Shown: positions 19,501 to 28,955, numbered from the stretch's first letter. The stretch: 64,000 bases of DNA from an uncultured cyanobacterium (GCA_963793265.1 CAWBZI010000002.1:416001-480000), one strand, 5' to 3'. The notes: generated by a model from the letters alone, not told the origin. Numbers and translations are program-made.

Positions 19501-20414
19501 CTAGCTGTAAAGTAGGGGTCGCAGGGCGCGATCGCCCCACCTAAAAACGGCATCTCCAAATCTTGCGAATGCGTCGCATCCATCTGCGGAGACTGCGCCA
19601 TTACGCCGCTACGAATCAGCGCATTGGTTCGCTTAAACAAATCTCGATAGCTGAGCTGACCATTCGCTTTATTCAAAGAATCTTGTAAAAAGTAAGAGAA
19701 TGCACCCCGAGCCTTACCGCCACCGTGGTACTCCTTTGCCTCTTCAATATTTTGGCAGGCCGCAAGCACCACATGTCGCCCCGTTGGTGGCAGCTTAATC
19801 GCCATCGGAGACAGGCTCCGGGTTCCCACAGATTCGCCTACCAACGCCTGCGCCGCATCAGCTGACACAATAAAACTCTCTAAAGGGCGCAGGCGCTTGT
19901 CAATCTCCGCTCGGCGCGTCGCCACCTCAGACACCTCTCCCTCGCGCGTACCCGATCCCGAATGGCAGCAGTCCAGCAGCACCGCAATATGCGGCTCATG
20001 ACTATCCACTTCAGAGATAAGCTGAGCCAGCTCTTTATCAGCCAAATCCCAGTGCTGATCGTCTATACGGCTGTCGTAGCACACCAGCGTTTCCATCATG
20101 CGATCGGGCGACACCGGCCAAAAAGGCTCTGGTGCGATCGCCTGTGCCCCATGTCCCGCATAGTAAAACAGCACCACATCGTCCTTACCCGCCAGCGCCA
20201 AATGCTGCCGAAACCCGTCAATAATGCCTTGCCGAGTCGCGCGACTGTCAGTCAGCATCTTCAGCTTCAGCTCAAAATCCTTCTGAGAGACGCGACCCTC
20301 TAAATAAGCCTGCATTCCGCTCACGTCATTCACACACCCTTTTAGCCAGGGAACGCGCGATCGCTTGTCATATTCATTAATGCCCACCAGAAGCGCATAC
20401 AGTTTTTTAGACAT
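16578..20414 (-). CDS. Caspase-family (peptidase C14) protein fused to an alpha/beta hydrolase (lipase-like) domain, Pro-rich linker and C-terminal TM helix
   Basis: ALLVGINEY, LKGCVND, catalytic YYAGHG and LLDCCHSG; later YIHGIFG, VAHSMGGLVSR, LGTPNNGSP, NDIAV, CNHLEYF; hydrophobic LWAWGFLAIALVIAVVFGLA. Confidence 0.88.
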   Translation of the reverse strand: MSKKLYALLVGINEYDKRSRVPWLKGCVNDVSGMQAYLEGRVSQKDFELKLKMLTDSRATRQGIIDGFRQHLALAGKDDVVLFYYAGHGAQAIAPEPFWPVSPDRMMETLVCYDSRIDDQHWDLADKELAQLISEVDSHEPHIAVLLDCCHSGSGTREGEVSEVATRRAEIDKRLRPLESFIVSADAAQALVGESVGTRSLSPMAIKLPPTGRHVVLAACQNIEEAKEYHGGGKARGAFSYFLQDSLNKANGQLSYRDLFKRTNALIRSGVMAQSPQMDATHSQDLEMPFLGGAIAPCDPYFTASRHPDHGWAIDGGAIHGLRSAVGEESTVLALFPFDSQAEQLKDFSNALGLVNITRVLPQYSQIVDREGSGVISQTAETTETFKAVVVSSPLPPLSIFIEGEAAGVEMLRQAITIAAPGNRPSLYVQATDQIEGASYRVVAKGDEYTITSVAEQRPLVTAVAGYDTVNVTKVVKDLEHIARWKTIADLASPASSQIQGAVEIKIYSGDEPSYEEATEITDAQIRLSYRHNRLQDTWTPPRFRLKLRNTSDRTLYCALFYLTERFNAVVLKPDSVVSLTRLLPEQEIWFANGAPLNGTIKDVLWQQGITESQDILKAIACTDEFDPTLMSLDELGQPASGGGMRSLPAAGSLNRLMQRVNTRDIGFAEDTTAYDDWVTSQVAFTFVRPQLSTPISQSEPTVVNSTVQIQPHSRFSANVRLTTVSQSTRDLGSAILPPILQNETVPFQFAQSRASDPGLSALELNNVSDSAAVTPENPLRIETEVPLNEGEYILPVAYDGEFYLPLGYGKTTEGKTQIVIERLPEPVSEGRRSVTGSIRIFFQKVATKKLGESLSKTIGLSFEYPLLTVAELKDAKVNYERTVETIREKVAKAQNIAIYIHGIFGDTESMLPSLESAVATLEDSKTPIGQLYDLVLAFDYENLNTTIDTNARLLKARLEAVGLGVGHQKTVHIVAHSMGGLVSRWFIEQEGGSEVVNHLIMLGTPNNGSPWPQMQAGITAAVSFAINGLSLVAAPLKILEGLLKRIETIDVSLDQMQPGSDFLAELAKAKDPKVPYTLVVGNTSLIPEDKTAGLKQRLLGRLGKVAELPFFRQPNDIAVLVESITAVPEGRSPAPIHLPVACNHLEYFTNPIGLAALTIAVVGTGLGKSNSGNGSPSPEPVVPISATPEPISPEPVASEPTRPVQTLVTEPQPPATAAVSERAPFAQERREGQGRLPLWAWGFLAIALVIAVVFGLAQRPDVPSESQTEPQIIESQP

Positions 20415-20460
20415 AGCTAATCAACAAAGAGAGAGTCATATTATCTCAGACGCAGAAGTC

Positions 20461-21345
20461 CTAAGCATTACTTGCCGTCAGCAGCAGCGGCAGCGTATCT
20501 TCATCCACCACGCCGCTCACATTCACGCCTGCTTTCTCCTGAAACGCTTTCACCGCCCTCTCAGTGTCTATGCCAAACACGCCATCTACATCCACCGCAA
20601 CGCCCGCCTTCACTAGCATCGCCTGCACCTCCTCAACTCTCTGACCCTGCATATACGGCGACACCAGCTTCAAATATCCCGTATCAGACGGCGTAAACGT
20701 CGGCGCAGCCACATTCGGCCCAAGCTGAAAACGCACGTGAATATGATCGTCATGCCCCGCATGGTACTGCACGCCTTTAACATTGCCGTCGTTAAATAAA
20801 ATCACGCGAGGGGGCAGCACCGGATTGTTGGTAATTAGGCTTATAAACGCCTGCGTCAGCTCGCGCGAGTAGTTCCCGGCTCGCCAGTTAGAAGGCTCTT
20901 CTCTGCCATTATTCGTCACCAGGCTAAAATCCACATCGACGCCCTCCTCATGAGACGCATGACGCGGCGTATCTCCCCCATTTGGCAAGCTAATATCGCC
21001 TACCCCAATACGCGGCGCGTTGGGATGCTTTTTAGCCCACTGCTCGCAGATATGGACGATCGCTTGAATCGTGCTAGACCGTCCGTAGTGATGCTGACCG
21101 TCATTGTCGTAGCCGTAACACTCATAGCCAGGCCCGTCAAAAGGCAGCTTCGTAAACAGCGCCCGACTATCGCTATTGAGAATTTCTAGCTCAGACTCGG
21201 TAAATTGAACATCCGCAGTACAGGTGATGCCATGCTGATGTTCCTGCCTAGAGGCGGCAGCAGCTAGGCTTCGAGGAGACAACTTTTGTTTGATAGCGTT
21301 CACGACGTTCCCCTTAAGTTTGATCTCAAGTCGTGCAAACATCAT
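20461..21345 (-). CDS. MepA-like (penicillin-insensitive) murein endopeptidase with a C-terminal peptidoglycan-binding domain
   Basis: GDISLPNGG..HASHEEGVDVD and HDDHIHVR LAS-type Zn motifs; C-terminal VEEVQAML...VDGVFGIDTERAVKAFQ...VSGVV is PG_binding_1-like. Confidence 0.85.
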   Translation of the reverse strand: MMFARLEIKLKGNVVNAIKQKLSPRSLAAAASRQEHQHGITCTADVQFTESELEILNSDSRALFTKLPFDGPGYECYGYDNDGQHHYGRSSTIQAIVHICEQWAKKHPNAPRIGVGDISLPNGGDTPRHASHEEGVDVDFSLVTNNGREEPSNWRAGNYSRELTQAFISLITNNPVLPPRVILFNDGNVKGVQYHAGHDDHIHVRFQLGPNVAAPTFTPSDTGYLKLVSPYMQGQRVEEVQAMLVKAGVAVDVDGVFGIDTERAVKAFQEKAGVNVSGVVDEDTLPLLLTASNA

Positions 21346-21506
21346 ATGAAGACAATGCTTGTGGCTACTTCCACATCTGGAAAATATATAAAAAGCGCTA
21401 CAAAACTATAGCAAGTAGGCTGACATGCAGTTACTTAGGTTGAGGTATCGTAAATCTGTCCAGGCTTTACTTGAAGCCCATCACGTTTCTACTGCAAAAA
21501 TCGACT

Positions 21507-23597
21507 ATGACTGACCCTACTTCTACTTCGCTTCAGCCGCCCGTTGCACCACAGCGGCCTAAAACGCTCATCACGCACGGCGACGAGCGAGTAGATCCTT
21601 ACTTTTGGCTAAGCGATCGCGACAACCCCGAAGTGATTGACTATCTCAAGACAGAGAACGCCTACACCGAAGCTAAAACAGAGCACACCAAAGCCCTGCA
21701 AAAGACACTCTACGATGAAATGCTCGGTCGCATTCAAGAAACCGATCTCTCAGTACCCTATCGCTACGGCGACTACTATTACTACTCACGCACAGAAGAA
21801 GGCAAAGCCTACGGGTTTCTATGTCGTAAAAAAGGCTCGCTCGAAGCAGATGAAGAAGTGTTGCTAGATGAGAACGCTCTGGCTGAAGGCTATGATTTTT
21901 TCTCGTTAGGAGACTACGAGATTAGCCCCGACCAAAAGCTGTTAGCCTATGCCACCGATACCCAGGGTAACGAGCGCTACACGCTTGTATTCAAGACAAT
22001 TGAAACAAATCAGCACTTTGACGAAAAAATCTCGGACATCAGCGGCGTAGTGTGGGCCAACGATAATAAAACGCTATTTTACCTACGGCTAGACGAAGCC
22101 CATCGGCCGTATCAGGTATGGCGACATCAGCTCGATACTTCGCCCGATACGGACGTGCTGATCTATGAAGAAACTGATGAAGCCTTTTACTTAGATCTCG
22201 ATGTAACCCGCAGCGAAGCCTACATTTTGCTCAGCGCTGAGAGTAAAATCACGTCCGAAGTGCGTTTTTTAAACGCCAATGAGCCCGGCGGTGAGTTTCG
22301 CACGATTCACCCACGTGAGAAAGGCATAGAGTACGGCGTTGAGCACCATCCTGGCACGAATGCCCAGACGGACACCCAGAGCGATCGCTTCTACATCATC
22401 ACCAACGATGAAGCCATCAACTTTAAGCTGATGGCAGCGCCGACAAGCGATCCGAGTAAATCTAACTGGAAAACAGTCGTTCCCCATCGAGAAGACGTAA
22501 TGCTTTCGGGTATAGATGTCTTCAAAGATTATCTTGTATTCTACGAAAGAGAGAAAGGACTGCCTACCATTCGGCTGCAAGAGCTTTCTACCGGCAGCAT
22601 CAAAAAGATAGACTTTCCAGAACCGACCTACTTTGTCATGGGCACCTCTATGCCCGAGTTCGATACAACAACCTTGCGATTTCGCTATAGCTCACTGGTC
22701 ACACCGACCTCAGTGTTTGACTACGACATGAATACGCATCAGCGCGTGCTTAAAAAGCAGCAGCCCGTGCTCGGCGGTTTTGACCCAGATGGCTATGCGA
22801 GCGAGCGTCTGATCGCCACCGCGCCAGATGGCGTTGAGGTGCCGATTTCTTTGGTCTACAAAAAAGATATTTCTCTCGACACGACCAATCCCATGCACCT
22901 GACGGGATATGGTTCTTACGGCTATCCTTATCCCGTGACGTTTTCGGCGTATCAGCTTTCGCTTTTAGATAGAGGGGTGGTGTGTGCGATCGCTCACATT
23001 AGAGGCGGCGGTGAAATGGGCCGCAAATGGTACGAAGACGGCAAGTTCTTAAACAAAAAGAACACCTTCACCGACTTTATCGCTTGCGCCGAGCATTTAA
23101 TCGAACAAAAATGGACAAGCCCTGAGCAGCTTGCAATTTCGGGCGGTAGTGCAGGTGGGTTGCTGATCGGGGCCGTGGTGAATGAAAGACCAGAGCTGTT
23201 TAAAGTTGCGATCGCCCAAGTCCCCTTCGTCGATGTCGTCACCACCATTCTCGATCCTAATCTGCCGCTCTCAGTCATTGAGTGGGACGAATGGGGCAAC
23301 CCCAACGAGCCCGAATTCTATCAATACATGAAATCATATTCTCCCTACGACAATGTGAAAGCTCAGGACTACCCAAATCTGTTGATTACCGGCGGGCTCA
23401 ACGACCCTCGCGTCTCATACTGGGAGCCCGCAAAGTGGACAGCTAAGCTCCGCGCTACCAAAACAGACCAGAACCGACTACTGCTCAAAACCAACATGGG
23501 CGCAGGCCACAGCGGCGCATCAGGCCGCTACGAGCGCATTAAAGAATTTGCGTTTGACGACGCCTTTTTACTGGACGCGTTAGGACTAGGAGGATAA
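21507..23597 (+). CDS. ptrB: Oligopeptidase B (S9A)
   Basis: DPYFWL, GYGSYG, HIRGGGEMG, GGSAGG nucleophile, NDPRV, GAGHSG; ATG at 21507 preferred over TTG at 21471. Confidence 0.92.
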   Translation: MTDPTSTSLQPPVAPQRPKTLITHGDERVDPYFWLSDRDNPEVIDYLKTENAYTEAKTEHTKALQKTLYDEMLGRIQETDLSVPYRYGDYYYYSRTEEGKAYGFLCRKKGSLEADEEVLLDENALAEGYDFFSLGDYEISPDQKLLAYATDTQGNERYTLVFKTIETNQHFDEKISDISGVVWANDNKTLFYLRLDEAHRPYQVWRHQLDTSPDTDVLIYEETDEAFYLDLDVTRSEAYILLSAESKITSEVRFLNANEPGGEFRTIHPREKGIEYGVEHHPGTNAQTDTQSDRFYIITNDEAINFKLMAAPTSDPSKSNWKTVVPHREDVMLSGIDVFKDYLVFYEREKGLPTIRLQELSTGSIKKIDFPEPTYFVMGTSMPEFDTTTLRFRYSSLVTPTSVFDYDMNTHQRVLKKQQPVLGGFDPDGYASERLIATAPDGVEVPISLVYKKDISLDTTNPMHLTGYGSYGYPYPVTFSAYQLSLLDRGVVCAIAHIRGGGEMGRKWYEDGKFLNKKNTFTDFIACAEHLIEQKWTSPEQLAISGGSAGGLLIGAVVNERPELFKVAIAQVPFVDVVTTILDPNLPLSVIEWDEWGNPNEPEFYQYMKSYSPYDNVKAQDYPNLLITGGLNDPRVSYWEPAKWTAKLRATKTDQNRLLLKTNMGAGHSGASGRYERIKEFAFDDAFLLDALGLGG

Positions 23598-24230
23598 AGA
23601 GCGCGCCCTTGAATATGCGTTTTTAGTGTTAATGTCTATCAATACTTCGGGCGTTGCAAATTCGACCTTTCTAATTTTAGACTGTCGTTTTCGCACAATC
23701 TCTCGCAGTCCTAAGCTCGAATCGCTAATCTGTTTAAGATCGGGGAATAGGTGATGAGAGAACAATAGCGGATGGCCTAATTTCCCTTGATAGCAAGGTG
23801 CCGTAATCAGGGCTGATTCTCGATAATGCGTTTTTAGTAACGTGCGGTAGACGCTGGCCGGACGGGGCTGATCAACAGCCGATACGGTGAGCGTCGAGAA
23901 TTTAGCGGGAAGCATTTTTAGCCCCGTTAGGATCGAGCTGGTTTTGCCGCGATCGCTATTCCAATTAACCACAGCCCGGCTCCCCAAAGGGCAGTCTGTA
24001 TGGCGATGAGCGTTGTGCGCACCCAAAACAACTAATGGTGTAATATTGGCCTGCAAAAATTGCTCGCACTGGTAGCGAAGCAGCGTTTGATGGCCGTGCC
24101 AGAGCAGCGTTGTTTTACAAACGCCCATGCGAGTAGAAAGACCGGCAGCTAGGACGATAGCGAAATCTTGGTTGTCTGGCGGTTGATCTGGCGGTTGATC
24201 TGGCAGTTGATCTGGCAGTTGATCTGGCAT
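23586..24230 (-). CDS. mocA: Molybdenum cofactor cytidylyltransferase-like nucleotidyltransferase
   Basis: IVLAAGLSTRMG..K, VDQP, GHPLLF, DINT; located in the xdh operon. Confidence 0.8.
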   Translation of the reverse strand: MPDQLPDQLPDQPPDQPPDNQDFAIVLAAGLSTRMGVCKTTLLWHGHQTLLRYQCEQFLQANITPLVVLGAHNAHRHTDCPLGSRAVVNWNSDRGKTSSILTGLKMLPAKFSTLTVSAVDQPRPASVYRTLLKTHYRESALITAPCYQGKLGHPLLFSHHLFPDLKQISDSSLGLREIVRKRQSKIRKVEFATPEVLIDINTKNAYSRARSLSS

Positions 24231-25270
24231 GGGTTAGGGCTGCTGCAAGCGTGGATCTTTGAGAGCGCTTTAGTGGGCGTGACGCGATCGCAAAGCGACA
24301 ACCCCGTCCCCCCGCGACGAACCTTAATCAGTTCTGCGCAGATACTAACGGCGATTTCTGACGGCGACAGTGCGCCAATATCCAAACCAATCGGGGCGTG
24401 AAAGTGAGCTGGTTTTTCTATTGATATGCCCTCATAATTAAGCGCCTGGTGGATTAGGCGGATGCGCTTTTGACTGCCAATAGCACCGATATATTGATAG
24501 GCTAACGGCCTGCGTAAAATCGTTTTCAGCGCTTCAACGTCCTGTAAAAATCCTCTTGTGACAAGCGCGATGTAGATCTGAGGGTGAGTGGCGAGCCGGT
24601 CTAAAGCCTCAGCCATAGAGTCAGATAGCAGCATTGCCTGTGGAAATCTTTGACCAGTCACAAATTCAGAGCGATCGTCCTGTACGGCTATTTGGAAACC
24701 AGAAAAGCTAGCAATTTGTGCAAGGGCAACAGCCACATGCCCCCCGCCTACGATGAGTAAAACGGGCGGAGGCTGGATAACTTCGACAAAAGAATTGTCA
24801 TCTGACATGAGGGATTGATGTTCTTCCATGAGATAGGGCTGGCAAGACTCTCTCAAAGAGGTGATGTTGTTACACGCAAGCGGCGTGATTAATCTGCCTG
24901 ATTTTCCCGAATTGAACAAATCTAGAATTTGCTCGACTAGGGCGATCGCCGCCCATCCCGCCCATCGCTCTAACCATACTTGCACCCTGCCGCCACACAC
25001 ACCCTGACTATCTCTTCCCGGCGCACCGGTCAGGTCAATATCAACCAAACGCTTCTCACCATCGACCATCGTCAAGGCTTGTTCAATCACTTTTCCTTCA
25101 CCCGCACCACCGCCCACCGTGCCGATAATACCGCCGTCTGCACATATCGCCATTTTTGCCCCAATCTCTCTAGGTGCAGACCCTGTTGTTGAAACCACTG
25201 TGGCGAGCACGACAGAATTCTGGACTAAGGCAGTCTTGAGCTGTTGATAGAAGTGTTGGGTATTAGTCAT
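24149..25270 (-). CDS. xdhC: Xanthine dehydrogenase accessory protein XdhC/CoxI
   Basis: ATVVSTTGSAPREIGAKM, GTVGGG, VCGG, IVGGGHVA, YIGAIGS, APIGLDIGALSPSEIAVSI. Confidence 0.9.
   Translation of the reverse strand: MTNTQHFYQQLKTALVQNSVVLATVVSTTGSAPREIGAKMAICADGGIIGTVGGGAGEGKVIEQALTMVDGEKRLVDIDLTGAPGRDSQGVCGGRVQVWLERWAGWAAIALVEQILDLFNSGKSGRLITPLACNNITSLRESCQPYLMEEHQSLMSDDNSFVEVIQPPPVLLIVGGGHVAVALAQIASFSGFQIAVQDDRSEFVTGQRFPQAMLLSDSMAEALDRLATHPQIYIALVTRGFLQDVEALKTILRRPLAYQYIGAIGSQKRIRLIHQALNYEGISIEKPAHFHAPIGLDIGALSPSEIAVSICAELIKVRRGGTGLSLCDRVTPTKALSKIHACSSPNPCQINCQINCQINRQINRQTTKISLSS
24169..24228. repeat. 12-bp tandem repeat (RGTTGATCTGGC) x4 plus one degenerate copy in the xdhC/mocA overlap
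   Basis: Units at 24181, 24193, 24205 and 24217; encode PDQL/PDQP in MocA and CQIN/RQIN in XdhC. Confidence 0.95.
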
Positions 25271-25294
25271 GGGATATTGGGTGATAGATAGCGC

Positions 25295-28066
25295 CTAATT
25301 GTCTGATAGCGCCTGCCATACCCGCTCTGGAATCATCGGAAGCTGCCTGAGCCTAGCGCCAGTCGCCCCTGCAACAGCATTAGCGATCGCAGGGGCAATA
25401 CAGTTCGTCCCAATCTCACCAATTCCTTTAGCACCAAACGGCCCATACGGATCGGCATGCTCTACTAAAAAAACGTCTAGCGGCGGCACATCTGTCGCCG
25501 CTGGAATCCGATAAGTCCGCAGGCTAGGGTTCAAAATTCTACCCTGTTCATTAAAGCGAAGTTCTTCAGTTAGCGCATACCCCAGGCCCATCACGAGCCC
25601 GCCCACCGCCTGCCCCTGACAGATTCGCGGATTAATTGCGGTGCCAATATCCACCGCTTCCGCGCAGCGCAACACGGTAATGCGGCCTGTCTCGGTGTCT
25701 ACTTCTACTTCTGCGCCTAAAAATGCAAATGTGAGAGAGGCGCGATCGCTGCTATATTCCAACTCTATCGATAGAGAGTCTCCTTGTTTCTCAGCGGCTT
25801 GAGCGAGCTGCAATAGCGTTACTTTAGCCGTTGAGCTGCATACCCCATAATTGTCTATCTCTAAATCTTCTACAGGTGCCTCTAAAAGTTTGGCCGCGAC
25901 CTTGAGCAGTCGAGTACGCAGCTTTTGAGCCGCCAGGTTGACCGCCTGGCCAGAGATAAAGGTAGTTGCAGAGGCATAAGAGCCCGCATCAAAAGGCGTG
26001 TGATGGGTGTCTGCGCTCACTAGCTCTATTTTCTCTACGGTGGTTGTCAGCACATGCGCCGCTATCTGACGAAGAGAGGTATCTGAGCCCGTACCCACAT
26101 CTACCGAGCCCGTTCTTAGTTCATACGCACCGCTGGGCAGCAAGGATAGCTTCACGCTCGCTAAGTGAATCTTAGCGAGGCCGCTAGCTTGCATTGTAGC
26201 CGCAAAGCCAATGCCGCGCTTAATCGGATCTGCTGCCCTTAACGCTTCTGTTTTAGTGAGTTCAGCAGGCTGATAATCTAACGCCTGAGTAACTTTCTCA
26301 ATGCATTCATCCAGCGCGTAGCTGCCGATGATGTGAAAGTGTTCTTCTCTACCAATCAGAATCTCGTCTTCAGGCGTAATCAGGTTGTGCTGGCGCAGTT
26401 TGATCGGGTCAATATTCAACTTACTAGCAATCTCATCTAGTTGAGACTCCATTGCAAAGGTGCCCTGCGTGGCTCCGTAGCCCCGAAATGCACCTGCAGG
26501 CATCGTATTGGTATAAACAACCGTGCCTTTGTAAGACTGATGGGCACAGCGGTAGAGCCCTAGAGGAAAACAGCCCGTCAAAAAGGTAACAGTTTCGCCA
26601 TGATTGCCGTAAGCCCCCGTGTTTGAAATGGCTTCCATTTGCTGAGCAACAATTGTACCGTCGTTTTTGACGCCCGTTTTTAACCGAATGCTCATTGCAT
26701 GACGGCTATTTGTGGCGGTAAACTCTTCTTCTCTGGTGAGCTGCCACTGCACCGGCTTGCCTGTTTTCAAGGTAGCTAGCACACACAAATCTTCTGTCAA
26801 AATCTCCTGTTTGTTACCAAAGCCACCGCCGAGCTGAGGCTTATAAACGCGAACTTTTTCTTTGGGCAAATCAAACAGTTCGCACAGCAGCCTTTGACAG
26901 TGAAAGGGAACCTGCGTACTAGAGCGAACCACCAAAATGCCGTTTTCATCGAACCCGCTAATGCAGGCATGAGGCTCCAGGTGAACGTGCTGTACGGCGG
27001 GTAGCGTGTATGTGTTTTCAACTATCAGATCGGCCTCAGCAAACCCGATAGCCAGCTCGCCTTTATCTAAAACTATCTCTCCTGCAATATTACGAGCAGC
27101 GTCATGAATTTGGCTCGACTCTGGCTCATCGTGAATGACGGTTTCTCCTTTCATTGCCTCAACAGGATTAACCACATAGGGCAAAATCTCGTAGTCAACC
27201 TCAATAAGTTCGCAGGCTTTAGCAGCGGTTGCTTCAGTATCAGCAACAACAGCGGCCACGCGATCGCCAATAAATCGCACCTTGTTATCTAACAGATAAT
27301 GGTCTAAAGGATCAGGCACAGGCGCACCGTGTCCGGCAGTGCTATAGGCGCGGCGATCGACATCTTTGTGAGTGAAAACAGCTTCAACACCTGCTAGGGC
27401 CTCGGCTTTAGCCGTGTCGATACTGCGGATGTGGGCATGGGGATGAGGCGATCGCAACACTTTTATATGCAACAGTCCAACCGGCGACCAGTCGGCAGTA
27501 TACACTGGCTTCCCGGTTACCAAATCCGGCCCATCTTGCTTAGGCACATTTTGACCAACCTGCCCCGCCACCTCAGCGGTTGTTTTCGCGAGTGGCTCAC
27601 TACCGCACGCTAAGACACTCTCAACAATAGACTCGTAGCCCGTGCAGCGGCAGAGATTACCTTCCATCTCAGCTTTCACCTCTGCTGCTGTAGCACACGC
27701 TAGCTTACTAGCCGTCATAATCATCCCAGGCGTGCAGTAACCGCACTGAAACCCCTGTTTTTCTAAAAAAGCCTGCTGCATAGGCGATCGCCCGCCCTTC
27801 TCTTCTAAGCCCTCAAGCCCCTCAATCGTTGTTACTTCGCAGCTATCTACTCGCATCGCCGGATAAATGCAGCTATGAATCGGCTTATCATCAACCCATA
27901 CCGTACAGCCCCCGCAGTCGCCCGACTCACAAACGCGATGCACCCCCGCATAGCCTAAAGACCGCAGCAGGCTCAGTAAGCTTGTCCCTGGGCTACAGCT
28001 AATGTCGTGCGTTTGACTGTTGACTTGAAAGTTCAATGAGAGCGTGTCTACTGTGGCACTTTTCAT
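25295..28066 (-). CDS. Xanthine dehydrogenase-family protein: fused 2x[2Fe-2S] and molybdopterin-binding subunits
   Basis: CESGDCGGC, QCGYCTPG, NLCRCTGY Fe-S motifs; GGGFGNKQ, AFRGYGATQ, GAKGIGE (catalytic Glu). Confidence 0.92.
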   Translation of the reverse strand: MKSATVDTLSLNFQVNSQTHDISCSPGTSLLSLLRSLGYAGVHRVCESGDCGGCTVWVDDKPIHSCIYPAMRVDSCEVTTIEGLEGLEEKGGRSPMQQAFLEKQGFQCGYCTPGMIMTASKLACATAAEVKAEMEGNLCRCTGYESIVESVLACGSEPLAKTTAEVAGQVGQNVPKQDGPDLVTGKPVYTADWSPVGLLHIKVLRSPHPHAHIRSIDTAKAEALAGVEAVFTHKDVDRRAYSTAGHGAPVPDPLDHYLLDNKVRFIGDRVAAVVADTEATAAKACELIEVDYEILPYVVNPVEAMKGETVIHDEPESSQIHDAARNIAGEIVLDKGELAIGFAEADLIVENTYTLPAVQHVHLEPHACISGFDENGILVVRSSTQVPFHCQRLLCELFDLPKEKVRVYKPQLGGGFGNKQEILTEDLCVLATLKTGKPVQWQLTREEEFTATNSRHAMSIRLKTGVKNDGTIVAQQMEAISNTGAYGNHGETVTFLTGCFPLGLYRCAHQSYKGTVVYTNTMPAGAFRGYGATQGTFAMESQLDEIASKLNIDPIKLRQHNLITPEDEILIGREEHFHIIGSYALDECIEKVTQALDYQPAELTKTEALRAADPIKRGIGFAATMQASGLAKIHLASVKLSLLPSGAYELRTGSVDVGTGSDTSLRQIAAHVLTTTVEKIELVSADTHHTPFDAGSYASATTFISGQAVNLAAQKLRTRLLKVAAKLLEAPVEDLEIDNYGVCSSTAKVTLLQLAQAAEKQGDSLSIELEYSSDRASLTFAFLGAEVEVDTETGRITVLRCAEAVDIGTAINPRICQGQAVGGLVMGLGYALTEELRFNEQGRILNPSLRTYRIPAATDVPPLDVFLVEHADPYGPFGAKGIGEIGTNCIAPAIANAVAGATGARLRQLPMIPERVWQALSDN

Positions 28067-28112
28067 AAGCTATTACTTTTGTTCATTGAGCCTACTTATT
28101 CATAGAGAGTCA

Positions 28113-28955
28113 TCAATATCGACGTTTTCCATCACCGCCCGCGCTCAATTCCGCGATGCCTCGCTGCATCAAAACTCGGGTAATCTGTTGGCGGTATGGC
28201 ATACTCGCGCGCTCATCATTCAGCCAGGACGCTTCAGCAATACCCGCTATTACCTGTTCTGTTATTTGTTCAGGGGTAGGAACTGTCTCAAATTCAATCA
28301 TAAGCGGTGCCTTTAGGCTGCCGCCAACGCCGAACCTAACCCGCCGCGTAGCAGGGTGGTAAGCCGTCACAACAATGGCGATCGCATACCCCGCCGTCCC
28401 TACCGCCATTCGCTTAAAGCTCGTTTGCCACCCCTCTAAATTCTCTCGAAGAACCTTAATTCTTCTCAATACGTCTCCAGGTTGCAATATCGTTTGCTGC
28501 GGTGCTGTCTGAAAATCAACAGCCTCGACAACGTAGGGAGCACCGTTCGGTCGCCAAATTTCGTACTGAGCCTTCAGCGCCACCATCGCGGGGGCAAACG
28601 TACTCGCACTCAGAGCCAAACAGAGATTTCCACCTACCGTCGCCGCATGAGACAGCTTAAAAGAAGCCAGTTCTCTCACCGCATCTTTTAGCGCCTCTGT
28701 CGCGCCCCACGTCTGAGGGAAAGAGAACGCCAGCAAATCATTCTGAATGCCGGTAGCGCCGATAGACAAAGATTCTGAGGTGACCTCTATCTCTGACCAG
28801 TCGAGCGGCTGCATATCGACTAAAGCTGTTACCTGGGGCTGCGCTTCGTTAAATAGCCAAGTCCCGCCCGCTAGCCAGTTCCAGCTAGGCTGCCAGGGCG
28901 ACACTTCGGCGAGCGATCGCGGTCGTAAATAGGTGTCAACACTATGCAAGTCCAT
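28113..28955 (-). CDS. Xanthine dehydrogenase-family FAD-binding subunit
   Basis: YLRPRSL, LAGGTWL, ATVGGNLC; upstream of the Mo subunit. Confidence 0.88.
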   Translation of the reverse strand: MDLHSVDTYLRPRSLAEVSPWQPSWNWLAGGTWLFNEAQPQVTALVDMQPLDWSEIEVTSESLSIGATGIQNDLLAFSFPQTWGATEALKDAVRELASFKLSHAATVGGNLCLALSASTFAPAMVALKAQYEIWRPNGAPYVVEAVDFQTAPQQTILQPGDVLRRIKVLRENLEGWQTSFKRMAVGTAGYAIAIVVTAYHPATRRVRFGVGGSLKAPLMIEFETVPTPEQITEQVIAGIAEASWLNDERASMPYRQQITRVLMQRGIAELSAGGDGKRRY

